Positions 42,913-54,213 of a stretch of DNA of 64,000 bases are shown in pieces. The first letter of the stretch is position 1. Each line of letters starts with the position of its first letter. Origin of the DNA: Babesia bigemina (taxonomy: Eukaryota). A program made the translations under genes and the position numbers. The notes below the pieces were generated by a model that searched no databases, was not told the DNA's origin, and worked only from the letters and a program-made list of their open reading frames with translations. The stretch is taken from NCBI RefSeq assembly GCF_000981445.1, contig NC_027218.1, positions 620,001-684,000 on the forward strand, given 5' to 3'.

Positions 42913-43745
42913 TTATACCTTCGTGTAGTATTTCACTAGGAATTCCTGTAACATGTGGCAATACGTTAAGGGAGTGTTACCTTCAATTTGTTGGCTGCCT
43001 TGGACCGGTTTGAGATGCTGTTTTTCTCCTCTACCGTCATCTCTGCGTACGTCTTGCCCATTTGTTTGTGCTCGAAAATGCCATCCCTGCACACCGATTA
43101 GTATTTGATTGGCAGGTGATGCCATGAAGGCCATTAATTGCTGGTGTTGTATTCTTAGCGTACCATCCAAACCTGCTGGAGCCCCTCGGTTCTACTATCG
43201 TTCCCTGTGTGATTGTATGCCGGCTTGCTGCACGTTAGGTGAACGTACCTCGGCCCTTCCCTCGAATGTTTCCAGCGTATTTCCGTCTATGAAGCATATG
43301 CTGCACAGTGCAGTGGCGGACTTGTCCTGCATCAGTTGTGAGCCGGTGGCGGCGCGGTCGCTTACTTCGAAATCCGCGAGCATACGGTACATCCCTTGGG
43401 GTCCCATCGATGTCAGAAAGTCCTTTCTGCGCACGGTGAGCTCGTTTCTCTCTGAACCTACACATAGGGTCCTGGGAGTCCGTTGAATGCGTTAAAGAAC
43501 AATGACACGTCTTCCACGAACAACGGTTCGTTCAACATGGCGTACGCCTCCTTTGCCTTCCGTTCGACTATTTCACGTGGCTTCCCTTGGGTTTCCGTCA
43601 CTGCGCCAATCATGCAATCGTCATGCGTGTTGCTCTTACGTTCGATTGGGCGCTGCACGAGTTCGAATTGGTCTCCTAGTATAGCGGAGAGCTCCTTGAA
43701 CTTGTTCATGTTAGTTGTGCAGGCGTTGATTCGGATCTTCTCCAT
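42913..43745 (-). CDS. ITPA: Inosine triphosphate pyrophosphatase (HAM1/ITPase), multi-exon
   Basis: TTNMNKFKE, ETQG, VEDVSLFFNAFNGLPGPYVK, GRIVEPRG..FGWDGIF…GKTYAEM..EEKNSISNR. Confidence 0.92.
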
Positions 43746-44672
43746 TTTGGCTGTGTCCTTGTAGCCGCTTATGTTGTCTAATTGTTTTCAATTACTCGTT
43801 GACTGCCGCGTTTATTGTCGGTTATGAGACTAGTTCTCCTGTGAAGTTACAGTGATGGATATTTGTGGACGTTTTGCATTTATTGTAGAGATATATGCCG
43901 TGCGACTGGGGCTTTGGGTTTGCGGCGTCACCTTGTGAGGTGTCGGCGTTACATTGTTATTGCATTACAACATGTGAATCATTGTAAGTATAAAGGTTAG
44001 ATTGCTGCGTTTCTGCTTGGTGGCTGGGCAAGTTAAACGGCATCAACTGTGTATCTCTCTTCACGTGTCTTCTATAGTTCCAGAGCCAGTTTGCGACATA
44101 TCAAATTGCCTAGCAAGCTGTAATCATTAATAATATCACGCCTGTACTTGATATCAATCATGTGTACGGTTTCCGTGGCCTAAAGTCCTCAAAGGACTGC
44201 GACATGGCAGAATTGATCGGGAATCCGTCCGATACGAACTTCCGCTATCTACACATATAACACTTGAGGGCGCACACTGTTATTTGTTAATGCAAATATA
44301 ATGGCGTACAAGCTCTCGTCGATGAGTAGAAGCACATAGCGGTATCCGTAGTCAGGTGTCGACGCTGCGAACCCATTTGCCGTTTTGCATTGTTCCTGCC
44401 CTTTTGTTTTATTTATTAGTAACGAGTAGTATATGTATAATGTGATGTGTAAGGTTTAATTTTAATTATCTGAGATGTGTCTCTGCGCATAGTCACGGAG
44501 GCGTATGGACACATATCAAGCCACTCGGTTATAAGTGTACGGTTAATATACTCGTAGGCTCCGGACACACGGCGAGGCATGACTGTGTTACGCTGCCTCA
44601 GATTTCCGAGCATCGACGGATGTGCTACATGTAAACTAGAGGAGTATTGGCATTGATAGCAGGGTTGCTCAA

Positions 44673-47600
44673 ATGTCGTCACCAGGCACGTCCCAAACGG
44701 ACCAGGAGGGGTTTGTAACAATGGATAGTGATTCTGACATGTTTCCCGCTGCCGAGTCGACGGCAGGAATGCGGAGTCCGCCCCCCCGGGCCTTCGATAA
44801 AACACGTGATGCAATTTGTTTTCCGCACCGTCTAAAAGAATCGCTACAACAAAAGGCGGTTGCGGATGATCTTTACAGTTTGAATTTGAACATAGGCAAG
44901 GCTGAATGTACTATAAAGGCGTCCAACGCTCGCTGCTTTGGCAGCGATGCGAGAACTTGCGTGATGGGCGCCAATAAAAGCTCCGCGGGTGCTGATAATG
45001 AGAGCTATGTAGAAGAGAACACTGAACGCAGTCTGGATACGGCAGTTCCAGTTGAGGATTCCGTTGCCGGAGGTCAGGAAGTTACGATCGACCGAGATCA
45101 TTGCTTTGGGGCGTTTGCGTCTAACGATGTGAACGTGGATGCCCCCTCGACCCTGAGGCGATTTGTATCGCATATGGATCTGCGTATCACCGACTACTTC
45201 ACGCAAGCGCAATGCTACGGTAGTTACGTGCTCTACTCGCTGCACTTCAACGACTTTGGGGTCGAGAGGGTGGTGACACGCCGTTATTCCAGCATGTGTT
45301 ACTACGACTGCAAGTTGCGCGAAGCTGGTTACACGCCGCCAGTTTCACTCCCAGAGAAGCGGTTTTGGGGCAACACGGAGGCCCGCTTTCTCTCGCAGCG
45401 GTACCAGGGGCTGAAGATATATTTCTCGCAGCAGCTGCGTTACCCCAGTTATGTGCAGCTGTCCTTGCTGTACATGTATCTCGGTTGCGACAAGGAGTCT
45501 CTTTTGTACCTTAATCTGGTAACGGCGAGGACTAGGGAGAAAAAACTAACGGCACTGACACTCCTGTTTAGGTATATAATGATGTCCTCCGCAGAACGCG
45601 TTGCGTTCCTCAAACGGGTAGTGCCGGCCTACCACACCTGCTTCAAACACTTCTCAGCCGCCGCTGATGATGACGCATATATGGACGACATCCCTGCTGA
45701 CTACCGGCTCTCCCACCCGTCGGTGGTGGCGTCACTGCTTGAGTGCCTGGCATCTAACGACGCAAAGGCGGTCTGTGAGGTGTGCGGCATATTGCTCTGG
45801 ATGCTCCAGCGCGAGGATATCTTCCGCTACAGCGTTTTGAAGGTGGAGACCATTGCTCACGTGACCAAGGCAGTGTCCCGCTTATTGGTTAGCAATAAGA
45901 TGGTTGACCTCGACTTGCCGATCGACCGCTTCCGCAACCCACTTGGAATTCGCCTGCTGGCTTCAGACCAGGGCGCCATCGCCACCGTTTGGAATATCGT
46001 CTCTTACTTCGTGGTGAACTCCGTTAACCTCCTGCCGGAAGCTGCCATCAAATTTTTGGACAACAGCTCGATCGAGAAGCTGATCGATTTGGTTGACCGC
46101 AGCGATCATGGCGTGACCCGCTGCATCGCGCTTTGGCTGTTATGGATCGGCATGTGTGACGACCATGTGAATCACTCTGTGGATCGCGATGCTCTGGGGT
46201 TGTTGCTGAAAAAGCTCTACGGTTCCACGGAAACAACGCTTAGGGTAATGTGCGGTTTGTTGCTGGTGTCTTTGATATCGGGAGGCTGGTTCCGTGACGA
46301 TGAGAAGCCGCGTGCCACGGTATACGTGCTAAACCTGTTGCCCAGCTCGCACGGCCTGGACGCCTTCGTCTGCCAGCAGATATTCGCTCACCATTCCGTC
46401 AAACTGTTCGCCGCTTTGCTGGGCGACTTGTCGCTGTGTTCCGGCACTCGTCTTTTTTTGGTTTCCGTGCTGCTGCAGCATTTGACGTTCGGGTTCGAGC
46501 CCTCGCAACAGACAGCCTCGTTGTCCCAGCTATGCGACGTCGACTACGGCGAGAACGTGTTCCGGCTATCGCACGCCCTATTCGGCGAAGATGACCCCGA
46601 CTATCGCGGCGACTTGAGGGCGAACAAGGATATGACCTTTGGCGAGAAGTTCGCGTCGCTGTATTCGCTGAAGTACGGCGCCCTTACCGCCGACATTTCG
46701 GACACCCTTTACAGCATCATTGGGCACCCCCCAGCCGATGGTATGACACACTTGGTGGATTCGGGCGACAGTGATTACTCCCAGCGGCTTTGCCAGTCGA
46801 CGGCGTTTTGCCTGCTTCTCCTGCCGTTTAGCTGTGTGCCGAAGGAGGATGGTGACTACTTCGCCGTTGATTTTGACCCCCAGTCCGCTCGGGCCTACTA
46901 TCGCAACGTTGTTACCTTCGCTGGCGGGTCGGTGCGTCTGACCCTGGACAGCGCGGACCACATAAATCTTGAAGATAGGGTGTTGCTGCGCCTCGATGAC
47001 GAGTTCTTCAGGCGGCGGGTATCGGTGCTTCGCATAATGTTGTCAACCTTAGACGCCAGCGTATCGGAATTGGATGGGATAAACGCGTCGGGCAACGAGA
47101 CAACCAGCGAGTGCATGGAGTTGCTGCGGAGCCTCTGGCACTGCCGGCGTGTGGTTGAGCAAAAGGAGAACCCGGACATAGTCGTGAGTTTCGATGCACG
47201 CGGCAGCGACCAGTGTGACCTATTCAACAACTTCTATTTCGACGGCGCCAGCGGCCCTGCCTTCGAGGGGAGCGACCTTTTCCGCACTGTGGACGCTCTC
47301 GAGCTCTGTTCCTACGCTAGCGAGCTGGTGCAATACAGCTCAGTGCAGCAGCTGCTGCTTCGCAGTGTGAAGCGCGTTTTACTGTACCACCAGGCTTGCA
47401 CCTCCCGTGTGGATGTATACCGGTCAATGGTGGCGTGCCTGCAGCGTCGCACGGACGAGCTGGGTTTGGATACCCTCACGGACCTAAGTGATCTGGAAGA
47501 GAAGTTTTTGGAGGTGTATCAGGCTTATTCGTTAGGCGTGCAGGAGGAGCGTGATTTGGCGGCTTCTATAGAAGAGAAGAACGGGGCGTTTCTTCGGATC

Positions 47601-48665
47601 CACAGCATGTTGCGCAGTGCCCAGCTGAAGGTCGACGTCTGCAGGCGGCAGATGCGCTCCACCCAGGCGCGCATTGACGACATTCCCCGCCTGCGCGACG
47701 ACGGGCTGGCCAACCAGGGTCGCCTCGCGCTCCGCAGCGAGCAGCTGATGGAATCGATTCGCGCTGTCAACAGCAGCATTCTGGAGCTGCAGGGTGAAGT
47801 GGCCCGCGTTGAACGTGAGAAGCTGGAGCTGGGCGGTTGTATCCAGCAGCTGACTGAGCTGTCGTCGGTGTTAGACAAGGGCATATACAGCGACATTATC
47901 TATGTGATAGATTCGGTGAACCACGAAAGTGTCCGTTCCAAGCTTCGCGGGTCGCTAGAAGCCGTTGTGCCCGAGCACGTGGCCGACGGGTTCCTTGACG
48001 CAGACACGGTCCATAGGCTGAAAGCAGAAGTGCTGCAACGTCTGACTGAGGTGCAGGAACGCCTGAGTGCGTTGTGCGAGTCGGACGCGAGCATCCAGAT
48101 CGCCAAGCTGAACAGCCAGGTCAGCGCATACGAGGACAGCCTGTACCGCACGAACGCCGACCTTCAGAGCGCTCGAAAATCTATGGTGACGGACGGCAGC
48201 TCGCTTGAGGAGTCGCTTGCCACGCAGAAGCGGCTGCTGGGTAGCTTAGAGAGTACAGTGGGCTATCTGAGTGGCGAGTTGTCCAACATCCAGGTGATCA
48301 AGTCAAAACTGGACAAGGACTTGGCCAAGGTGAAGAGTTGCAACGAGGTCGCTCGTTCCGCTCTCGAGCGTCGCAAAGCCACGTTCCTCAGCGGGATCAA
48401 GGAGCAGCGCAAGGCCCGCATGCGGCTGTTCCAAGACCTGCTCGGCGCCGAGTTTCTGTGCAAGAAGCTCTGCCAGGAGAGGTGTAAGCTTGCTAGGGCG
48501 TTGTCCCACAAGCCTCACCTGCTGGAGCCACTGCGGGAACGCCGCGGGTCCGAGCATTTTAAACGCCAGCGCCTGATTGAGACGCTGAAGCTCGCAGCCA
48601 AGAGGCTCGAGGAGACCGCTAACTTTCTGGAGTGCCCCGATACTGCGGCCGGCAAGTCGTTTTAA
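44673..48665 (+). CDS. PX-domain protein with ARM-like helical middle and C-terminal coiled coil, 1330 aa
   Basis: YVLYSLH…VVTRRYSSMCYYDCKL…PPVSLPEKRFWGNTEARFLSQRYQGLKIYF is a PX pattern. The C-terminal third is heptad-rich. Intronless. Confidence 0.75.
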   Translation: MSSPGTSQTDQEGFVTMDSDSDMFPAAESTAGMRSPPPRAFDKTRDAICFPHRLKESLQQKAVADDLYSLNLNIGKAECTIKASNARCFGSDARTCVMGANKSSAGADNESYVEENTERSLDTAVPVEDSVAGGQEVTIDRDHCFGAFASNDVNVDAPSTLRRFVSHMDLRITDYFTQAQCYGSYVLYSLHFNDFGVERVVTRRYSSMCYYDCKLREAGYTPPVSLPEKRFWGNTEARFLSQRYQGLKIYFSQQLRYPSYVQLSLLYMYLGCDKESLLYLNLVTARTREKKLTALTLLFRYIMMSSAERVAFLKRVVPAYHTCFKHFSAAADDDAYMDDIPADYRLSHPSVVASLLECLASNDAKAVCEVCGILLWMLQREDIFRYSVLKVETIAHVTKAVSRLLVSNKMVDLDLPIDRFRNPLGIRLLASDQGAIATVWNIVSYFVVNSVNLLPEAAIKFLDNSSIEKLIDLVDRSDHGVTRCIALWLLWIGMCDDHVNHSVDRDALGLLLKKLYGSTETTLRVMCGLLLVSLISGGWFRDDEKPRATVYVLNLLPSSHGLDAFVCQQIFAHHSVKLFAALLGDLSLCSGTRLFLVSVLLQHLTFGFEPSQQTASLSQLCDVDYGENVFRLSHALFGEDDPDYRGDLRANKDMTFGEKFASLYSLKYGALTADISDTLYSIIGHPPADGMTHLVDSGDSDYSQRLCQSTAFCLLLLPFSCVPKEDGDYFAVDFDPQSARAYYRNVVTFAGGSVRLTLDSADHINLEDRVLLRLDDEFFRRRVSVLRIMLSTLDASVSELDGINASGNETTSECMELLRSLWHCRRVVEQKENPDIVVSFDARGSDQCDLFNNFYFDGASGPAFEGSDLFRTVDALELCSYASELVQYSSVQQLLLRSVKRVLLYHQACTSRVDVYRSMVACLQRRTDELGLDTLTDLSDLEEKFLEVYQAYSLGVQEERDLAASIEEKNGAFLRIHSMLRSAQLKVDVCRRQMRSTQARIDDIPRLRDDGLANQGRLALRSEQLMESIRAVNSSILELQGEVARVEREKLELGGCIQQLTELSSVLDKGIYSDIIYVIDSVNHESVRSKLRGSLEAVVPEHVADGFLDADTVHRLKAEVLQRLTEVQERLSALCESDASIQIAKLNSQVSAYEDSLYRTNADLQSARKSMVTDGSSLEESLATQKRLLGSLESTVGYLSGELSNIQVIKSKLDKDLAKVKSCNEVARSALERRKATFLSGIKEQRKARMRLFQDLLGAEFLCKKLCQERCKLARALSHKPHLLEPLRERRGSEHFKRQRLIETLKLAAKRLEETANFLECPDTAAGKSF

Positions 48666-48863
48666 TATTGTTTCATAGCTTAACACTGACCACTGTCTGC
48701 CACCCGGTGTTGTGATGCCTTTGGGCGCCTCGTGTAACCACTTAATTCGCTAGCTGAGTGTAACGCTTCAGTTGAGGCGTGCTTGGAGCCGAGGCTTCGG
48801 CCTGCGTCTTCTCCCTAGCATTCTTCATACCGGCTGCGGCCAACTGTCGCCTCGCGCGGTCGA

Positions 48864-51800
48864 TTAAACAGCATTTCTGAGTGCGAGCACGTGCTCCAGT
48901 TGTACCTTAAGCGTGGTGCCGTTGAAGGCGAACTGCATCGTTCGCCCCGCGGAGTACTTAATGGCCAGCTGGTCCAGCGCGTCTCGGATGTTCGGCAGGC
49001 CGTGGTCGAACACCGTAAGCAGATGCGGGTATCGGGCCAGCCAGTGAGTGATCAGCGCGAGCAGCATATCACACACAAACTGCATATGTTGGCTTTTGAT
49101 GACGCGTTTCTTGGGCCAGATGGTTGCTAGACTTTGCATGACGTCCCGGATGACGCCCTGCGTGGGCACGGAGTGTACAAAGATGGGGAATGCCGAGAAA
49201 AGGGCGATTTGCATTTGTGCGATATCCGCAGCCTTGAACGCGTCGACCATGGAGTGCGATAACAGTTGGACGTGTTCGTTCACGAACAGCTCCTTGGCAA
49301 ATGTGTATCCCCTTTGGAATGACATGAAGTTAACTCTCTTATTGCCAGAAACGCCAAGATAACACAGTATAGAGTCTCTGTCGATCTTATTCTCTCCAAC
49401 ATCCGCCTCAGTTATGAAAGGCAATTTACCCATGTTCTTTGGCAGAGTTTGCGTGGAAGTGACTTTGAGGAAGTTCCGCTCTTGTTTGAGCGTCTGCCGC
49501 ATCTTGTTCGTGCAGAACGCCATTTCGTACATCCGGCAGACGATTTGCCAGGCAATGAAGCTGTGCCGTCGTTGCATCGGGTTGGAGCTCCCCAACGCGA
49601 ACAGCGCCCTCACGTACGGTCCTGCCTCCGACCCTTTTAGATAGGCCTCTTTGAACACATTGAACATGGTGGCGGACTTTATATCGATGAGAGAGGTTAT
49701 GGCGGTCACCGGCGCGATCCTGAGCACCATGCCCATGATGGAAGGCAGCCTTCCGAAGTGGTTGAAGCTGCTTTTGAACACGGTCTCCAGCGTGAACCTC
49801 ATGGGCATGAGATTCTGCACAATTGTGGCCAAATCAGCGCCCACGCGCCCTACTACCCTTTTGATCACATGCTCCAACGCCTCCATCATGACGGAGTCCT
49901 GCGTGATACTTTTGATCTGCGTGACGGAGTCGACCGTGTTGAACAGCAGCGTTGCCACGATGAGAAGTTTTTTGCGCGCCGGAGCAGGCATATCTTTTTC
50001 GGTTGGCTGGTTTTGGATTTTAGCCTCATCGATTCTAGCGTGCCCCCCCGTATGTTGCTTTGCCGTCGTGACGGCTGCGATATAGTACAGGAGCTCCCAC
50101 ACAATGGACACGTACCCAGCGGTGTACACAGCGACGCAAAGGCGCACGAACGCGTTGAATATATGAACAACCCACTCTTTGAACAGGATGCTATCAAAGC
50201 TCGCGCCGGAGCTCGCATCGTCCTGTAGGCACTGCAGGGCGGTCTCAAGCAGGTACGACGCCACAACGTCCACTACGTGGGCCACTGCGTACGCCTTTGA
50301 ATTATCCGGTGCATTTCGAAGCTTCTGGACGAACCTGAAAGTGTAGGATGAGTCGCCTGTTTTGAGCAGCGTGATTGCGTAGTTAGGTTCCCCGCTGTCG
50401 ACCAGACTGTTCTTCAGATACGTGTAGAGTGGGTCTGCTGCGAAATCCTTGGCCGGATTGTCCATCGACGCGTGCACAAACTGCTGTACCAATTCCCTAA
50501 GTTTGGTAGGGGACATGCTCAACTCACACGCCGCCTTTTCCTCACATTCCAACGCCGTTCCCTCACTCGTCGTGCTCAAGCCATCGGGGTGGCGTGCAGT
50601 TTGAAGGCCGCCGTTCTTTTCCCTGTTGGCGCCAGAGATGCTATATTTGTCGCTTATCGGCGGCTCGTCGTCATCGCTGCTTATATCGCTTATGGAGTCA
50701 CTATCCGCCCCGTCGCTGATGTCACTTATCGCATCGCCGCGTAAATTGACATTGCGTCCGACGGCTGATCCATTCCCGCTTTGCGAGGAGTCTGTGTTGA
50801 CGATGGCTACGTTTGTGTACAGCTTCGGGCACTGCGTTTGCTCCAGCAGCTCGAGCTCCTGGTTGGCCCGGAGCGTGTCGACAGTGAGGTGGTTGCCGTG
50901 GTAGATGGCGTTGAGGGAGTCCACGTTGATGATGTACTCCAGCACCATTCCGTAGCACTGTAGCATCAGCGCCTTTAGCGTTTCATCGTAGCACGCGTTT
51001 CTGTGTTTTTCCTTCACCGCCACCACCATGGTGTATTTGTCGTGCAGCGGCTGCAGCGCGGTCTTGAGCTGCAAGACGTGTGTCGTCTCCCTGTCACCAA
51101 CTTCCGCGATGTACACCGTAATGCCCTCGAGTGAGATGTCTAGCACCGAGCACATCCTGCCCAGCATCGTGTTCTTGAGTGCGCGCAGAAGCGTCCCCAG
51201 CGTGTGCTGCGCCCTCGGCATTTCCAGCACAGACACCATGAAAATGGCCGACATGGCGTTGACGGCCACAATCCCAACCTCTGAGTGGTAGTGCAACACG
51301 GCGTTGAGGAGGTAGTCAACCAGGCGCCGGAAGGTGTCGACGGCAGTGTTGTACGTGAACGTGAGCACCTCGTTCGTTCCTAACAGGACGTCGATCTTTG
51401 CCGCATTATCATCCACGGCGGTGTTATCCGGTCGCCTAGTGATGAAGACGCATTTCGCAAGCTCTTTGACGAACAGCCGGCGGCACTGGTGCATGTTGTT
51501 CAGCACCTGGTCGCACTGCGCAGTCCCCGCGGCCCCGAAGCAAAGCCGGATAATACGCGCGTTGTACTGGTAGTTGAAGAATAGCCAGTCCACGAACAGC
51601 GCCATCTTGATGTTGGCCAACTCCAGGCAGCCGCTTCCGACGCTGCAGTTGGTGGCCATGTTGAGCATCCAGCAGCAGAAGGTGCCCACGTTGTGGCTCG
51701 TGTGCGGCAACGCAAGCTTTGCTATCCTGGGGTACGCCACAAGCGCAAACCTGATAACGCTGGCGATCTTCTCCAGAGCGAACACGGTTTTGGTGATTTT

Positions 51801-53795
51801 GCAGTACCGCAGCAAGTACCAGTTTATCAGGTAGCCAAGGACGCTTGGCTCCGCCGTGAGCAAGGATATGACGAACGCCGACTCTTCGTGGTGCAGCGAC
51901 TGCTCCACTGCGTCGTATTGGTCCATCCTGGAGAGGATGAGGTCGAGGGGCTGCACCCGCTGAGTCTTCGCAGCGCCCTCTGGCGCCTCCAGCGTCAGCA
52001 GGTCGGACCATATGTTGAACTTGATCGCCTGCACCCCTGAGATGCAACCCAGGGTCCGAACGGTATCGTACCCTATTTTGTTCAGCACCGCCGCCTTGCC
52101 CTTGGCATTCAGCCAGATCTGCACGGCAAGGTCGGCCGCAGCTCCCCTGATGACGATCCTCGAATCATCTCCCGCCTGCAGCACCAACTGGATGCACTTG
52201 TTGAACACCTCGACGCACGTGTCCTCGCATTTGACGAAAACGTTGCACCAGCTCTTCAAGGTCCGCAGCAGCGTGATGGCGGTGTTCGAGCTTTTGACTC
52301 CGAGCCTCAGGGGATCCACAGATCTCATGAGGAGCACGATGGTCGACGCCCAGGCCCGCGTATCGGGAACAGCGAGGCACATGGGCAGTATGCGCTCGAA
52401 GTACCGCTCCACGTATATGGTGGCCAGTCGGTATGTCCTCGGGTCGATCAATTGTGCGATTTGCCTGTAGAATTGGACCTGGGCATCCGAATCCAAAGCG
52501 GGCAGAATCGACGACGCCAGCGTAATGAAAGCGTCGTCGTCACAGCTAAGCGCGTAATACCCCATCGCTCGAAGAACCGCTTCTCTCGCGGAGGGGCCCA
52601 CGTTACACAGCAGGTGCACCACGTCCAGGTGTTCCTCGAACATCTGCACATTGATGGCCCTGAGAAACACGGCGTGCTTAAAGCCATCCTTTAACTCGGG
52701 TACATGCCGCTGCACCGCCCTGACGTAGTACGGCCGGTTGCTGACTGCCGGGTTCATGCCTTTAGCTTCCTCGCCCTCGTCCCACCTCAACACGGACCAA
52801 TTCGGGTTGTAGTGCAACGGCTGGTTGCTGATAACACTCTGCAGCTCATCCACGTTGATTACCGCAAGATTAGACTTCGCGCCCGCGAATTGCAACAGCG
52901 GCTCCTTGGCCTGCATCTTGCCCTCCACACTTCTCTGGAAGTCGTAGGGTGGCTGCAGCTTGTGCGCCTTCGCGAGGTGCGTGATGAGCACGAATCGGTA
53001 AACCTCCTCAACGGATCCAATCATCTCTTCCTCTGCGGCCCTTAGCCTGAAGTTGTTCCTTATCCTGAATATGCTGGGGATCGTGATCTTTATCCTGCTC
53101 ATCGCGTCATGCAGCTTGGACAGTGCCAGGATGATAAAGTCCATCCTGGCCTGCACCGCAGCTGCATCCACCATGTATTCCAACGTCGCCATCTTGTGCA
53201 CGTACGCGTCTTCCGCGACGTGAGCCTTCGCGGGTCGCTTCGGAGGAGGCGACCTCGTGCGCTTCCAGCTCGGCGGCGCCGCAGCCGGTTCCGGCACCGG
53301 GTGCGCCGCGCCCATCGAGAACATGGGCACGAACTGCCCTAGCATCATCGGATGCAGAACTCCCGTTTTCATGAGCTCGTTGAAAGTATGCATGTTCGTG
53401 TGTTCCTGCGGCACCTGTTCGTACGAGGGCGCGGCCCTCTTCGACCCGTGAGTCCGCATCTGGGCTTTGAACGGCGCCGCCTTTTGGTACGGCTGGGGGT
53501 TCCCCGCCGGCACGTGCATGGTCCTCACCACGTCATTGCCGTACATGGGACGCACTGCCGCCGACGTGTGTTTGAGACTCCCGGATCCCGCCACAGACAA
53601 GCTCTCTGGAGGTTGCCTGAACGACTGCTGGGTTGACGCCGGGCCGCCTTGCCGCGCCTGAACTGGCGGAGGCTTCGGGTTGCCGGCATTGGCGTGTCCA
53701 TACGGAGCTGGCGGCGGCGGGAAACCTCGACTGGTAGACGACACAGCCTTTCCCCTGATGCCGCCGCGGCCCCTAGATCCACCCCGTCCGCGCAT
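48864..53795 (-). CDS. Integrator subunit 3 / SOSS-A (INTS3)-like protein, 1643 aa
   Basis: KIGYDTVRTL…IWSDLL, W…RY…IRF and ANIKMALFVDWLFF match INTS3 N-terminal motifs (IGRDLVRLL…LWKDI; NAKLALFYDWLFF). The N-terminus is RGG/Pro-rich. Confidence 0.7.
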   Translation of the reverse strand: MRGRGGSRGRGGIRGKAVSSTSRGFPPPPAPYGHANAGNPKPPPVQARQGGPASTQQSFRQPPESLSVAGSGSLKHTSAAVRPMYGNDVVRTMHVPAGNPQPYQKAAPFKAQMRTHGSKRAAPSYEQVPQEHTNMHTFNELMKTGVLHPMMLGQFVPMFSMGAAHPVPEPAAAPPSWKRTRSPPPKRPAKAHVAEDAYVHKMATLEYMVDAAAVQARMDFIILALSKLHDAMSRIKITIPSIFRIRNNFRLRAAEEEMIGSVEEVYRFVLITHLAKAHKLQPPYDFQRSVEGKMQAKEPLLQFAGAKSNLAVINVDELQSVISNQPLHYNPNWSVLRWDEGEEAKGMNPAVSNRPYYVRAVQRHVPELKDGFKHAVFLRAINVQMFEEHLDVVHLLCNVGPSAREAVLRAMGYYALSCDDDAFITLASSILPALDSDAQVQFYRQIAQLIDPRTYRLATIYVERYFERILPMCLAVPDTRAWASTIVLLMRSVDPLRLGVKSSNTAITLLRTLKSWCNVFVKCEDTCVEVFNKCIQLVLQAGDDSRIVIRGAAADLAVQIWLNAKGKAAVLNKIGYDTVRTLGCISGVQAIKFNIWSDLLTLEAPEGAAKTQRVQPLDLILSRMDQYDAVEQSLHHEESAFVISLLTAEPSVLGYLINWYLLRYCKITKTVFALEKIASVIRFALVAYPRIAKLALPHTSHNVGTFCCWMLNMATNCSVGSGCLELANIKMALFVDWLFFNYQYNARIIRLCFGAAGTAQCDQVLNNMHQCRRLFVKELAKCVFITRRPDNTAVDDNAAKIDVLLGTNEVLTFTYNTAVDTFRRLVDYLLNAVLHYHSEVGIVAVNAMSAIFMVSVLEMPRAQHTLGTLLRALKNTMLGRMCSVLDISLEGITVYIAEVGDRETTHVLQLKTALQPLHDKYTMVVAVKEKHRNACYDETLKALMLQCYGMVLEYIINVDSLNAIYHGNHLTVDTLRANQELELLEQTQCPKLYTNVAIVNTDSSQSGNGSAVGRNVNLRGDAISDISDGADSDSISDISSDDDEPPISDKYSISGANREKNGGLQTARHPDGLSTTSEGTALECEEKAACELSMSPTKLRELVQQFVHASMDNPAKDFAADPLYTYLKNSLVDSGEPNYAITLLKTGDSSYTFRFVQKLRNAPDNSKAYAVAHVVDVVASYLLETALQCLQDDASSGASFDSILFKEWVVHIFNAFVRLCVAVYTAGYVSIVWELLYYIAAVTTAKQHTGGHARIDEAKIQNQPTEKDMPAPARKKLLIVATLLFNTVDSVTQIKSITQDSVMMEALEHVIKRVVGRVGADLATIVQNLMPMRFTLETVFKSSFNHFGRLPSIMGMVLRIAPVTAITSLIDIKSATMFNVFKEAYLKGSEAGPYVRALFALGSSNPMQRRHSFIAWQIVCRMYEMAFCTNKMRQTLKQERNFLKVTSTQTLPKNMGKLPFITEADVGENKIDRDSILCYLGVSGNKRVNFMSFQRGYTFAKELFVNEHVQLLSHSMVDAFKAADIAQMQIALFSAFPIFVHSVPTQGVIRDVMQSLATIWPKKRVIKSQHMQFVCDMLLALITHWLARYPHLLTVFDHGLPNIRDALDQLAIKYSAGRTMQFAFNGTTLKVQLEHVLALRNAV

Positions 53796-54213
53796 GGTGT
53801 ATCACCGTCAGCATTTGGTGGAGTTACCGGGAGGTTATGCCTCGCGCGATGTGTCCGTCGAAGTCGCGTTGCGAAACGCTGGGTAGGCGTGGCTACACGC
53901 TTCCGTTCCATCTACCAATGTGTTTCCTCATTGTCACGTACGTGTTGACCGTAATTTGGAAGTTCGCGCTGCTAAGGGCGCTACCTCCCCATGGGCAGTC
54001 TTACACAACCTCCTCGGTGTGTCCGCGCGAACCCCGAGATTCCCCGCAGCCCAGCGGCAGATTACTGCGCGAAAAGAACACGCCACGGGAACCTACGAAT
54101 AAACGAACAGACATACGCCTCATAAAGATTATATAAGGAATTCATCAGTGACGCTCCGTCGCGCTGCGGCACGACTGTTCGTCACCAGCCGATCGAGACC
54201 TTCCGCCACCAGC

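Noticed and set aside
48774..48810. Hairpin GCCGAGGCTTCGGC between convergent genes, resembling an intrinsic terminator
   Set aside because: Eukaryotic context, short GC-rich stem and no U-tract; likely chance.
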